Both the position numbers and the translations under genes were made by a program. A stretch of DNA of 64,000 bases, taken from Curvularia clavata (lineage: Eukaryota). The first letter of the stretch is position 1. Each line of letters opens with the position of its first letter. This document shows, in pieces, positions 1-10,588 of the stretch. The notes beneath the pieces were generated by a model. That model was not told the origin of the DNA. It searched no databases and saw only the letters and a program-made list of their open reading frames with translations. The stretch covers positions 744,001 through 808,000 of the forward strand of contig CP089275.1 of assembly GCA_023920165.1 (NCBI GenBank), in the 5' to 3' direction.

Positions 1-550
1 ATAAGGAAGAGGACTAGGAGGAGTTAGAGAAGCCTAAAAACGTCTAGGTTAGCTCTAATTAAGCTAAGTTGCTTTAGTTACTACTATAGTACGAGGACTT
101 TGTAGATTTAGCTTTAGAAGAGAATGCTAAGTGTCTTACTAAGTATAGCCCGTATAATTTAGTAATAACTTTAAAAAAAGATACTACGCCATTATATTAG
201 CCGCTATATAGGCTCTTGAAGAGCGAGTTAGTGCTACTCTAGAATTACTTGCGTAAGTATCTCGCGAGAGGGTAGATTAGATATTCGAAATCGCCAGTAG
301 ACGCACTAATACTCTTCGCGAAGAAAAAAGATAGTATAATAAGATTATATATAGACTATAGAGGTCTAAATAATATAACGCTTAAAAACTATTACTCTTT
401 ACCCTTAATTACGGAGTCTTTAGATAGATTAGCTAAGGCAAAATTCTATACTAAGCTAGACGTCTAAGAAGCATATTATAGGGTGAGGATTAAGAAGGGA
501 GACGAGTGGAAGATAGCTTTCCGCACTAGATATGGCTATTTTAAATATAC
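1..550 (+). mobile_element. RIP-degraded Ty3/gypsy retrotransposon fragment (reverse transcriptase N-half), element A
   Basis: Stop-riddled frame reads ...[87 protein letters not shown], the canonical gypsy RT signature; TpA-rich; breaks off abruptly at ~550. Confidence 0.92.
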
Positions 551-629
551 TACTGTAATAAAATTATTACTCTTTGTATACCTCTACACTCATCTCACCT
601 CTTACAGCCGCTTGATATAGACTGTTTTG
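551..629 (+). mobile_element. Short pogo/Fot1 DDE transposase fragment
   Basis: Reads NKIITLCIPLHSSHLLQPLDIDCF (DDE_1 motif LC.P.HSSHLLQPLD); similar to the reverse complement of ~6935-7015 in the pogo element. Confidence 0.8.
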
Positions 630-1011
630 TGTTAAGAGTATGATCTCGAGTGGAAGTAATATAAGACTTCTAGTGTCAAGATCTTCTTAGGTTAGTTTTC
701 GCGGATAAAGCAATAGTGTGTTATGAATAAAAGTTCTGTAGTAACTATTATATTATAGATACTATACTCGTAACTTAAATTAAATATATTAAGCTATAAG
801 GGCCTAATATCTATTCCTATATATTTATAGTGCTCGCAACTCTTGGTTAGAAGAGTCTAAGTAATCCTCGGTAGCTTATGTATGAGGAGCATTCCTCTAT
901 AGCTTAAGCACGAAGAGCCTGCCAAGACCCTTCCTTAGATATACGCTACTAAGGAGGTTACGTAATATATGCCCCTGCGTTACATATAGCTAGGTCAACT
1001 GGTCGTTAATA
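630..1011 (-). repeat. 3' LTR of element B (~382 bp)
   Basis: Starts TGTTAA and ends TTAATA (TTAACA after a RIP CA>TA change); followed by a pyrimidine-rich tract at ~1012-1045, i.e. a polypurine tract on the element strand. Confidence 0.7.
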
Positions 1012-1111
1012 CTTCTTAACTTAACTACTATACTTCTTCCTCCCTAGTTTATAATACTATCCTTCTCCTCCCTAAACTTATCCTCAAGCTTTTCCTTATA
1101 TCTAGCTAATA

Positions 1112-1624
1112 ATATCTGCCCCCAGGTCTAAAGAATATCTTCGTCTTACTCTTAAGATTCGTCGTAACGGTCTCCCCGCGCCCGTCCCTTATAATTATTA
1201 TTTTGTAAATAACTATTAGTACGTTATAATGCCCAAAGTCGACGGCAAGTGTTTGAAGTGCTCTGAGTGCACTCGTCTAGATTATCTATGTATTAATATA
1301 TTATAGATGTCGTTAGATAAGACTTATAAAAAGTATTAAAAGAAAGTAGATAAAGATAAGTAATTATTAGCTTAAGTAATTTTGTGGTTAATGCGAAATA
1401 AGAAGATTCTAAAATAGACTAAGGAACGTACTGCGAAGAAGACTATGTATTTAGCGAATTCCTTACGCGAAAGTAGTAATAACGTAGACGCGCAAGAGTC
1501 CCTAAACTACCTTATAGCCAACGCGTTAGTAGAGTTCTCGTCTATTATATAGAGCACTTTAGATTCTCTAGACGCCCTAGCGTTGTCCTCGAATTCTAGT
1601 AATACTCCTATTTTTTCTTTCTAA
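1112..1624 (+). pseudogene. Antisense accessory ORF (~170 codons) of retrotransposon B; Cys-rich Zn-cluster-like motif plus coiled coil, RIP-inactivated
   Basis: One frame from ATA (RIP'd ATG) at 1112 to TAA at 1622-1624 with only RIP-type TAA/TAG stops; reads GLPAPVPYNYYFVNNY*YVIMPKVDGKCLKCSECTRLDYLCINIL*MSLDKT...LMRNKKILK*TKERTAKK. Confidence 0.7.
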
Positions 1625-2542
1625 TAGTAAGTTCTTTTTATAGTTTTATAGTATCTTTTAATAATTACTAAGATTATCCTCTAGTTTCTATATATTTTTA
1701 CTATTATTATATCCTAACTATTTAACTAGATACTTGGTTTTGTTACGCGTAGTTTAGTATACTAGAATTTTCTCAACTTCAAATTCATCTTCTTCTTCTA
1801 GTTCGAAATAGAATATTTTTTATAATAGTATTTTAGAGTCTACTAGTTTTAATAACTTAATGTAAAACTTTAGATATATTTTTGTATCTAGTAGTAGATT
1901 AAGTATATAGGTAACTAGTCTATTTTAGATTTTAATTAAAAATAGCCTAATATAGATATTATCTAATCTCTTATTTGGTTGTATCGTGCGAAGGTTCTTT
2001 ATAAGCAGATATACTTTATCCCCCTTCTTTAGCTAAAGTGCTATTTTTCTTTTCTAGTTAATATATAAGATACTTTAGCGTTAAACCTTTTTAAGTAATT
2101 TTCGTAGTTCTTTATATATTTTCTTCATTTCTTTAGCTATAGCGATAGCTACTTTTATTTTTAAACTTGGTAACATTCTAGTAAAGAGATTCGGGTGTCT
2201 TCTATAGTTCGCATAAAACGGTGTTTGTTTCGTTAATTCTAATAGCTTATTATTATATGCCAGTTATACTATAGATAGCAGTCATACCTAATTATTTTAT
2301 TAGTGGTTGCTATATATCCTAAGATATATTTTTATCATACGATTTATTCTTTCTATTTATCTATTAGTCTCTAGATAGTAAGCTGTAGATAATTTTCTTT
2401 TAGTACCTATTTCTACTATAAGTATAGTCTAGAAATTTAATATGAAAAGCTTATCTCGATTGCTAATAATCGACCTTAGTATTCTATAATATCTAATAAT
2501 CTTATTATAGATAACGTGCGCAAGTTGTACTATAGTATAGTC

Positions 2543-3057
2543 TGTAAGAAAGTTGTAGGTAGGTAAATAGAATAACTTTCTTAATTAACTAAAATAGCTT
2601 ATTAAGAGGTGAGAAATAGATATAAAATATCTAGTAAGTGGTCAAAATGTAGGTAATAAGTAGATATATTAGAGCTAGGTTAACAAATAACTATAGACAG
2701 TCAGCGTCTTTTATAGACAACTAACGGAGATAGGCGCTGCGTCTATTTCCTATCTTGATTTCAAATCAACTACTAGACTAAAGTATAATTAGATTAGTTT
2801 TTTATCTTTTTTATGATTTATAAGATTTTATTATAGACTAAAATCTTTATAATCTAGCTTGCTAAGCAAGCTAGATCTAAAATATAGAATAATGACGTCT
2901 TATATCTAGATAAGAAAGCGGAGAAATACTTAAAATACTCGGCAGTTAATAGCTACATCAAATGTAGAGCTACAAGAACAAAAACAACTAATTTGAATAG
3001 CTAATCTTTTATAGAATAATACTAAAATATAATATAATAATTATATTATAATTTACA
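2543..3057. mobile_element. Solo LTR (515 bp) inserted in the integrase of element B
   Basis: TGTAA...TTACA termini; perfect 5-bp target-site duplication TAGTC at 2538-2542 and 3058-3062; removing it restores the integrase frame (..FQKDY/TIVQLAHVI..). Confidence 0.88.
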
Positions 3058-6000
3058 TAGTCCTTTTGGAATAGTATGTATTTAGCGTATTTCGTGAATC
3101 TGTTAATAACGACTAGTATTGCGTTATAAACTGTGTCGGTAATAGGGTCCGTTAATAGTGGTAGTTCTATAACGAAGTCCATAGAGATGTCTATCTAGAG
3201 TGTATCTGGCAGTTCTTGTATTTACATCTCTCCATATAGTGCGTGAGTGCTATATTTATTTTTTTAATAATATTCACATTTAGCGATAAAAACTACAACC
3301 TTTTCTTTTATTTTGCTAAATTCGAAGTTCCTTTAAATTAGTTCTATTATTCTAGCGATCCCGGGGTATCTATATATAGGGTCGTTATAATATTACTAAA
3401 TAATTGCTTCCTACTAGTCTTCAGATATATTATTTCCAATTATTATAAGTAGGTTAAGCTCGTATACTAGACTTAATATTCTATCCTTATTTATCTATAG
3501 TATTGGTCAGTCTATAATAGTTTTTATTTCTGCGATATCTAGTCTTCTACTAAAAGCGTCTGCTCTACCATTATCTTTTCCTAGTATATATACGATTTTA
3601 AACTTGTATTGCCCAAACAGCTTAGCCCATCGGGTTTATCGGCGGTTGAGAACCTTAGTGGTAGTGAAGTGGGTCAAGTTCTTATAATCCATGTATATAG
3701 TGAGTTCTAAGCAGCTATATACGTAGACTCTCTAGTGTTATATACAGGCTACTATAGCTAGTAGTTTTTTATTGTATACGTTATATTGTTTTTTAAATTC
3801 TAAAAATTTTCTTAAATAGTATATAATTAGGTGCTATTTATCTTCGTATAGTTAGTATATGCATCCTTCTAGAACTAGGTCTAATATATTAGTTTTAATT
3901 TGTAGTAGTTTATTTAGTTTGAATATTCTAAGGTATAGTACTTTTATATATGCTTCTTTAAGTGTTTCGAATACGATTTCTCCTTTAGGTCCTATATTAA
4001 AGTAGTCTACTACTTGTTTTTTTAATAACTATATAAGTAGAGCTGCGATTTTCAAGAAATTCTTAATAAATACTCTATTAAAGTTTATAAATCTTAGAAA
4101 GAATTGTACTTCCTTAAGCGTGTCTAGTAATGGCTATTCTATAATAACTTTAATTTTTTCTTTACTTATCTATACTCCTTATTTTCCTATAGTATAGCCT
4201 AAGAAGTCGATCTAAGTCTTATAGAATTTATACTTCTAAGGTTTAAGTCTGAGGCTATACTTGTCTAAAGCAGTCAGCACCTTATGGATATATTTAGTAT
4301 ATTATTCCTTATTCTTAGAGTAGACTAAGATGTCGTCTAGATATATAACAACAAATATATCTAGGTAGGGCCTAAGTATATTATTAATAAGTTCCTAGAA
4401 TGTGGCTAGGGCGTTTATAAATCCGAATAGTATAACTATATATTTAAAATACCCGTATCGTATTCTAAAAGCTATTTTCTATTCTTCGCCTTCTGCAATT
4501 CTAATAAGGTGGTAGCCGTCTTATAGATCTAGTACTGTAAAGATCTTTACTTATATTAGTCGATCCCTTAATTCTATAATATTTAGTAGCGGGTATTAGT
4601 TCTTAATAGTGATATTATTAAGCCCTTAGTAGTCGATATATAGTCAATCTAATCTGTCTTTCTTTAGTATGAATATAATTAGTACTCTAGCTAGTAATTC
4701 TGATTTTTATATATACCCTTTCCTTTAGGCTTTATCTAAATACTCTTATAGTACTTTAAGTTCTTATTCTATTAGTTAATATATTAGGCTGAAAGATAGT
4801 TCCTTTTCTTTCTAGATCACGATTCTATAGTCCTAAGATTAATACTTTAGTAACGCGTACTTATCTACCACTTCCTAAAATAAATGTTCTAGATCTCTAT
4901 ATTATTTAGGGATTTCTAGAGTTACACTTTTTTTCTTTTCTCTAGCCTCGTAGTCTATTAGCCTAGTTTCAGTATCTACTAAGTTTGGCTTCCTACTCTA
5001 GGAACTATCTTTTAAGTATACTCGTTTCTCTGCGTTATTATACTATTTGGTAATATTACTCTTATCTACTATCGAACTCTGCTAATACGTAGGCTAGCTT
5101 ATGGTTACGCCTAGTCTATAGCACTTGAATTTAAACACTTTTAACTTCTAGTTAATCTATAGATTGTATTCTCGTAGCTATAGAAGTCCTAAAATAATAT
5201 TATAGATAGCTAGTCTAAAGACGTTTAGGTCTACTTTCTTTTTATACTCTTAGATGCTAAGTGTTACTTGTCTAATCTCGTCTATAATTCTGTTTCCTTT
5301 AGATATTAGTTCGCCGCTAGCGATATATAGTAGGTATAGCTTTTGTTTCTGCTATATTTTAAGTCTAGCTCGTTATACTACGTGCGCTAAAACGTAGTTT
5401 GTCTATAATCCTAAGTCTACTAATACCTATATCTATATTCTACTAAGCTTTACTATAAGCTTAATCAATCCTAGAGAGTTTATTAAGTTAATTTTCCTAG
5501 AGAGGCCCTACCTTTATAGCGCTAGTCTAAAAAAGTCTATAATTCCTTTATAAATCTATTATAGAGTTTCTCTACTTCGTATTTCTTGTATTTATCTAAG
5601 AGATAAGTGTGCTATAAGGGTTAGTTATATACTTATTATACGTTACCTTTACTTCAAATAATACAGATAGTTTGTATATCTACTACTTCTCTTAGGCTAT
5701 CTCTTCCTAGGAAGTGTATTACGGTGCGCTTATCCTATAGATGCCTCGCGCATTCTATATTAGTATACTCTGACTATAATCTGTTGCATTTAGGATATTT
5801 GGGAACGTTAGTTAGGTTCTAGTCGGATCCTTGCTTAGCTTGCCAATATACTAGATAAAAGTCGTAGACGCAACCTGTCCAGTAAGTCTACGTATACTTA
5901 TAGTTGTTTACATAGTACTAGTAGAGATTAAGTTAGTACCGATTGTCGCGTGTCCAGTCTGCTTGTGCCTTTTTAGCCTATTAAGATGTCATTATAGAGT

Positions 6001-6100
6001 TCTCCTTCCAGGGGGTTTTCTTATCTTTGGGGAACTTCGTATTTCCTCGTAGTTGTTAGATGTTGGCCGTAATATACGTGTAGTCTGGTAGTTTCTAATT

Positions 6101-8254
6101 AGTTACAGTAGAATTATAACGTACCTCACGGGTTCGCGGTCTACACAGGTTCGCGGTCCACTTTTGCCAAGACCCTACCAAAACCACTACATTATAGCCT
6201 AATACAGCCCAACCTTAGCTAGTTTAATATAAAAAAATATAAAATACTATTCAGAGTCTACTTCTACTTCATTCTTACACGTTCGCGCATTATACCTAGT
6301 CCTATTGCACCGTCCACACCACTATTGAGACGGTTCACCCACTTCAGCGCGCTTCTACTTCTTTAACTTCTTCCCATTACTACGCACCCTAAAGTCCTAG
6401 AGAGCAGTTAAGCGCGCCCTATCTTCAACTATTAAAGTCCCCTCTGCCTAAATCTGCTTTCTTTTATATAATTTTCGTCGCGTAGCGGCTGTATTAGCTG
6501 CTTCAAGCTCACTAATCCGTTTTTATACTAATACTAGCTTATGCGCGATAATAGCTACCCTCTTTAAGACCTTCTCAAAAGCCTCTACTATAGACGTTAG
6601 TAAGCTATCTAGATGCCTCTAAATCCTCTACTTTACTAGCGTCGATTGCGACCCTATTTCAAGAGTATTCCTCGGGGTTTGCAACAGCCAGGGCTAGATA
6701 TCGACAGGTAGGGGTGATAGAGTGCGCAACTAGACATTAAGAGCGGATATAACCCGTTCTAGATTAGATAGAACCAATCCAGCGCCTCAAAACTCTCCTT
6801 AGACATTACTAGCTATAAATAATGCGTTAAAAGCCCGCCTAAAGCAAGATAGGAACTCTTATTTAGTAATATAGTTAATCTAGATACGCATAAGCAATTC
6901 GACTTAGCGCCCATAGGCCTACTTTAAAAGGGCAAAACAGCCCACATTAAGCGGCTATAAGAGATAAAACGAGTGTAGAGACATGCAAAAAGTAACAATT
7001 TTATTATCTTTACAGTATTTTTAGAAATCCAGCAAGTTATAGCTCTCATAGCCATTAATAAAGAGTAGACAGTAGATACCTACCACCTTCTTCTTTATAT
7101 ACTCATTAAAGTGCTTTAGCCACGCAAGACTAAGCTCATTAGTCGTCCAGCCGTTCTCAGAGACTCCAATAACCCAGTTCTAAAGTATATCTCCATCTTT
7201 ATACCAGCTTAAAAGATAGTGGCGCGCCTTAAGTATAATAAAGGGCGGAATCGTCCACCTGGTCGCATTAATGCCCTAGATAACCGTCGCCCACTCTCTA
7301 TTACCAGGCTGGATAGTCTTTAGCCGTCCACGTCTCTCTAAAGCTATAATAACTACTCTAGGAGTAATCTAGCCCATCATAAAGCCTATCTCGTCAAAGT
7401 TATACGTGTCGTCATCTTAGATACCATACTTAGCTTTCATATTAGCTACTAGGCCAAACCAATCTTAAATAGCCTTAGGATCCTTACAGAGTGCTCTCTT
7501 ATAGTTATACTTACGATTAAACTTTACTTTAAGCTTAGGGCAGCGCTTAACAAATATACTAGGCTAGTTTTAGCCAACCTAGCCTAAATTACGCTCAGCG
7601 TGCAAGAAATTAGCCATATTAGCCACATCTGCGAGCCTAGAAGGAAATCCACGTAAACCAAGATCAAGAATATGCTCAACAACCACCTCCTCCTCAAGCT
7701 TAGTTAGATTCATTATTTTAGGCCTATAATCTGCTTGTGAATCCCTTCCGTCGCGTCTTTAACATAGTGTTATTCAAGAGACGTTATAAAGAGCTGCAGT
7801 GCGTCGTTCTAAGAGATTCGCGTCCTATTTAAGAGCTTGAAGAGCAAGCTGTATTTAACATTCACTAGAAGACTATAACTGCTGTTATTATTATAACATT
7901 TGTGGGTAGTAGGTATTTTGGTAGGGTCTTGGCAAAAGTGGACCGCGAACCCGTGTGGACCGCGAACCCGTGAGGTACGTTATAGAATCTATAAAATATA
8001 CGTAATATATTTTATAGTAATATTCTACTAAGCCTATAAGACGTATAATTACTTATACGTTATTAGCTAGTAATATAGTTCTCTTTTAGAGAGGTCCCAA
8101 TATAGGCTTTATCCTTCTTTCTTCCCATATCTTGCACTATTCCTCTCTGTCAGGTTTGTAACAATAGCGATCTTTATCGTACATTCTAAGTAGTTTCTCA
8201 ACCTTTTGTCATCAGTATCTAGAGAGGAGATCCTTCTCCTTATTACTTGTAACA
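6101..8254. repeat. Probable LTR-like segment (~290 bp once the pogo insertion is removed), split by the 6119-7980 element
   Basis: AGTTACA at 6101 and TGTAACA at 8248-8254 form near-perfect 7-bp inverted termini; no matching TSD; not similar to the 630-1011 LTR. Confidence 0.4.
6119..7980 (-). mobile_element. Full-length pogo/Fot1-family DNA transposon (1862 bp), transposase RIP-inactivated
   Basis: ~65-bp TIRs ACGTACCTCACGGGTTCGCGGTC... at both ends with an internal direct repeat; TA TSD at 6117-6118 and 7981-7982; minus-strand remnants YNFDEIGF, QPGNREW, SENGWT, HSFYLL*PLNVGCF. Confidence 0.95.
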
Positions 8255-8531
8255 AATAGGCGATAGTCTACGCCTAGTAGATACCATCTCTAATTGTGGC
8301 TAGACATCTTAGAGGCGCGTTCGAAGAGTAGATTCGAGAACGTCGTACGCTACTATAAGTGCGCGCAATAATTGTGTTAGGTTATTATGATAGGAATCTA
8401 TAGCAAGACAAAGTCTACCTTCACGAGAAGTCTGTATAGAGCGTTGTTGTCGCGGCATTGTGGTAGTTGTGTGGAAAGTCGCGTCAGGTTTGGTGGGGTG
8501 CGCAGCTTACTGGTAGAATACGTCACACCGT
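8255..8531 (-). mobile_element. 5' relic of a second pogo-family transposon (HTH-encoding start)
   Basis: From ATG at 8458: MPRQQRSIQTSREGRLCLAIDSYHNNLTQLLRALIVAYDVLESTLRTRL*..RRRLSPI, a typical pogo psq-type HTH; truncated at 8255. Confidence 0.72.
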
Positions 8532-8975
8532 ACTAATACCGGCAGCGACGGCAATTCACAGTCTATTTTTATGCGCAGGTGATGCGCATGTTCCGATCCG
8601 TGTGTCGTCGATCGCAACCTAATTCCACAACCACTAATCATCACCTTGCAAACATTTCCCCGATACACGGGTTACTTCCCTGCAGCTTCCGCGTTTACGG
8701 GGTCGTGAGTATTTCCTCCGCTGGGTATGGCGCTGTTGGCCTTTGCTGGGGTGACGAAGCCTCGTATTCTCGGTCATATGAGCTCATGATGTTGCGGATC
8801 ATAGCCCAGATTGGCGCCGAGATAGACCACCTTCATCACTGCAAGAGATCCACATACGAGACCAAAAGACGTATAAAACGTGAGACGTAGTGCCTCACAA
8901 CTTAAGAATACAATCTGCAACACTATCCAACATTTACTTCTTATTCACTTAACGAGCTATCAAAGATACCTCAAC

Positions 8976-9608
8976 ATGAAGTACGCCACCGCCACAATCG
9001 CCGCCGTTACCATGGCTCTCGCATCCGCAAAGGACTGCAAGCTGCCCCCCATCTCTGAAGCCGTCGTCCCCGGCGACGTCTTTAAGCTCGTGGCTCTCCC
9101 TAAGGTCGCCAACGAGATCGAATGCGAGCCCTTCCAAGCCAAGAACAACAACCTCCTGATCGGCGATAGTTTCCAGAGCGCAAACTGCACCACACGACTC
9201 CCCCGCGACCATGCGTCGTTCGTCCTCAACGGTCAGGGTCTCCTCTTCCTCTACACCGGCGACACGCCCGACAACTTCGAAGCCCAGGAGATATTCGTCG
9301 ACCGCTCTGGCATGGGCCAAGGCAACATCCAATACACCACCGGCCTCCCTGCAAATATTGGCCGCAACCAGGAGTTGGGTCCTTTCAAGATTACCGAGAC
9401 TAGCGACCTTGTCTTTGATAACGGCAATGGTGCCGTCACGGCTTTCCAGGCTTGTCCCCCGGCTAACGGTGACAAGTTGACAGGCTGGAAGGTCTGGCTC
9501 GCGGGCAATGACAAGCCGGCCGGTAGCGAGGGTTGTGTTGAGCTGAATGCTAGAGCTGTCAAGGAGACGAACCCTGAGGCTTGCGAGTACTCTGTTTATA
9601 ACTCTTAG
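8976..9608 (+). CDS. phiA: Secreted cell-wall protein, PhiA-like (210 aa)
   Basis: Signal peptide MKYATATIAAVTMALASA; family motifs FVDRSGMGQGNIQYTTG, GPFKI, FQACP, W.VWL...P.G..GC; GC3-rich codon usage; ATG 8976 preferred over the longer ORF start. Confidence 0.85.
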   Translation: MKYATATIAAVTMALASAKDCKLPPISEAVVPGDVFKLVALPKVANEIECEPFQAKNNNLLIGDSFQSANCTTRLPRDHASFVLNGQGLLFLYTGDTPDNFEAQEIFVDRSGMGQGNIQYTTGLPANIGRNQELGPFKITETSDLVFDNGNGAVTAFQACPPANGDKLTGWKVWLAGNDKPAGSEGCVELNARAVKETNPEACEYSVYNS

Positions 9609-9639
9609 AGAGGTGGTTAGTGATAAATATCTATAGATA

Positions 9640-10370
9640 TAATAATAATGCAATAGGCTTAAATCGCGATTATAATTAATATCTTGTATGTTTCCTCTTA
9701 TCAACATTAGTTAAAGGAAAAGTTAGAGAGATGGGTTAGTCGATCTGGTCTCGCGGAACCCTTAATAGTGGATTCTTAATAATGTAGGATGATGTAGAGA
9801 AGGATATCACTAACATAAGATAACGCGTATGAGGGCGACTTTTTATAGAGGTAGAGTAGTGTTACGACCCTGGAAAACAATCACACGCGCGGACTAGTAA
9901 GTGTAACGGTACGAATAAGACTGTCGGATCTGTATTGGTGGGAAGTGTCACTTAGAGGCATATAGAAGTGTGTGGGATAACAGAAATATCTTAGATTTAT
10001 TTAGTAGACACTCGTTGGCTCTTAGTTAGACCATAATGAGCCTTTTTATCTAGGGTAGGTCTTGGTCTATGCATGGTTATAGTAAGCAGTTTGGAGGATC
10101 CTTGTAGTCAGACACTGCGCCGCAATCCTGTAGCTATGCCGTACGAAGATTACGTAACTTGCTCTATAATCTATAATGCTTAGCGAAATAGAGTAATAGA
10201 GTAATCTATATTAAAGGTCGAAAGGTAAATCCTTAAAGCCGCTTAGAGAGCTACTAATATTACACATTATAGGCAGCTATGACACGTCGAATGCCCTGAA
10301 ACTAATCTATACAATAAGCCTGAATAACTAGAGTAAGCCTATCTTCTTACTAAGTTAATATCGCGTTCTA
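9640..10370. repeat. AT/TpA-rich RIP-like relic, possibly degenerate LTR sequence
   Basis: No ORFs, TpA excess, LTR-like TGTTAC/TGTAAC words at ~9860 and ~9902, but no TSD found. Confidence 0.35.
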
Positions 10371-10588
10371 TTGTTGAGGCATTGTCAGCACAGTCTTCGG
10401 GATCATCTAAAATGTTCAGAAGCATGATGTCCAAACTGGATTTACAGTTGCAGCATACATGGTTGCTAGTGGGCTAACTCTGTTTGGATCGATGCAAGTA
10501 TTTTTTAGAGAAAGTTTGGAGTTATCTCCCGGCCCTCTCCTCCCAGACTGAGTGGCGCTAGTACGTGAGCGCTGCCTTATATCTCCAA

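Larger units (their letters stand above)
630..6100 (-). mobile_element. RIP-degraded chromoviral Ty3/gypsy LTR retrotransposon (skippy/MAGGY-like), element B; 5' LTR and gag missing
   Basis: Minus strand domain order: aspartic protease remnant (~5410-5425), RT with [13 protein letters not shown] (~4320-4355), RNase H (~3560-3900), integrase (~1900-3400), chromodomain EEEDEFEVEKIL...KYLVK*LGY...N.*..EDNL (~1650-1800), then an LTR at 630-1011. Confidence 0.93.

Noticed and set aside
8949..9707. 252-aa minus-strand ORF overlapping the PhiA-like gene
   Set aside because: Antisense shadow of a GC3-biased gene; no motifs
9860..10285. Defined solo LTR
   Set aside because: TG/CA-like ends exist but no target-site duplication or consistent inverted termini were found; kept only as a low-confidence relic
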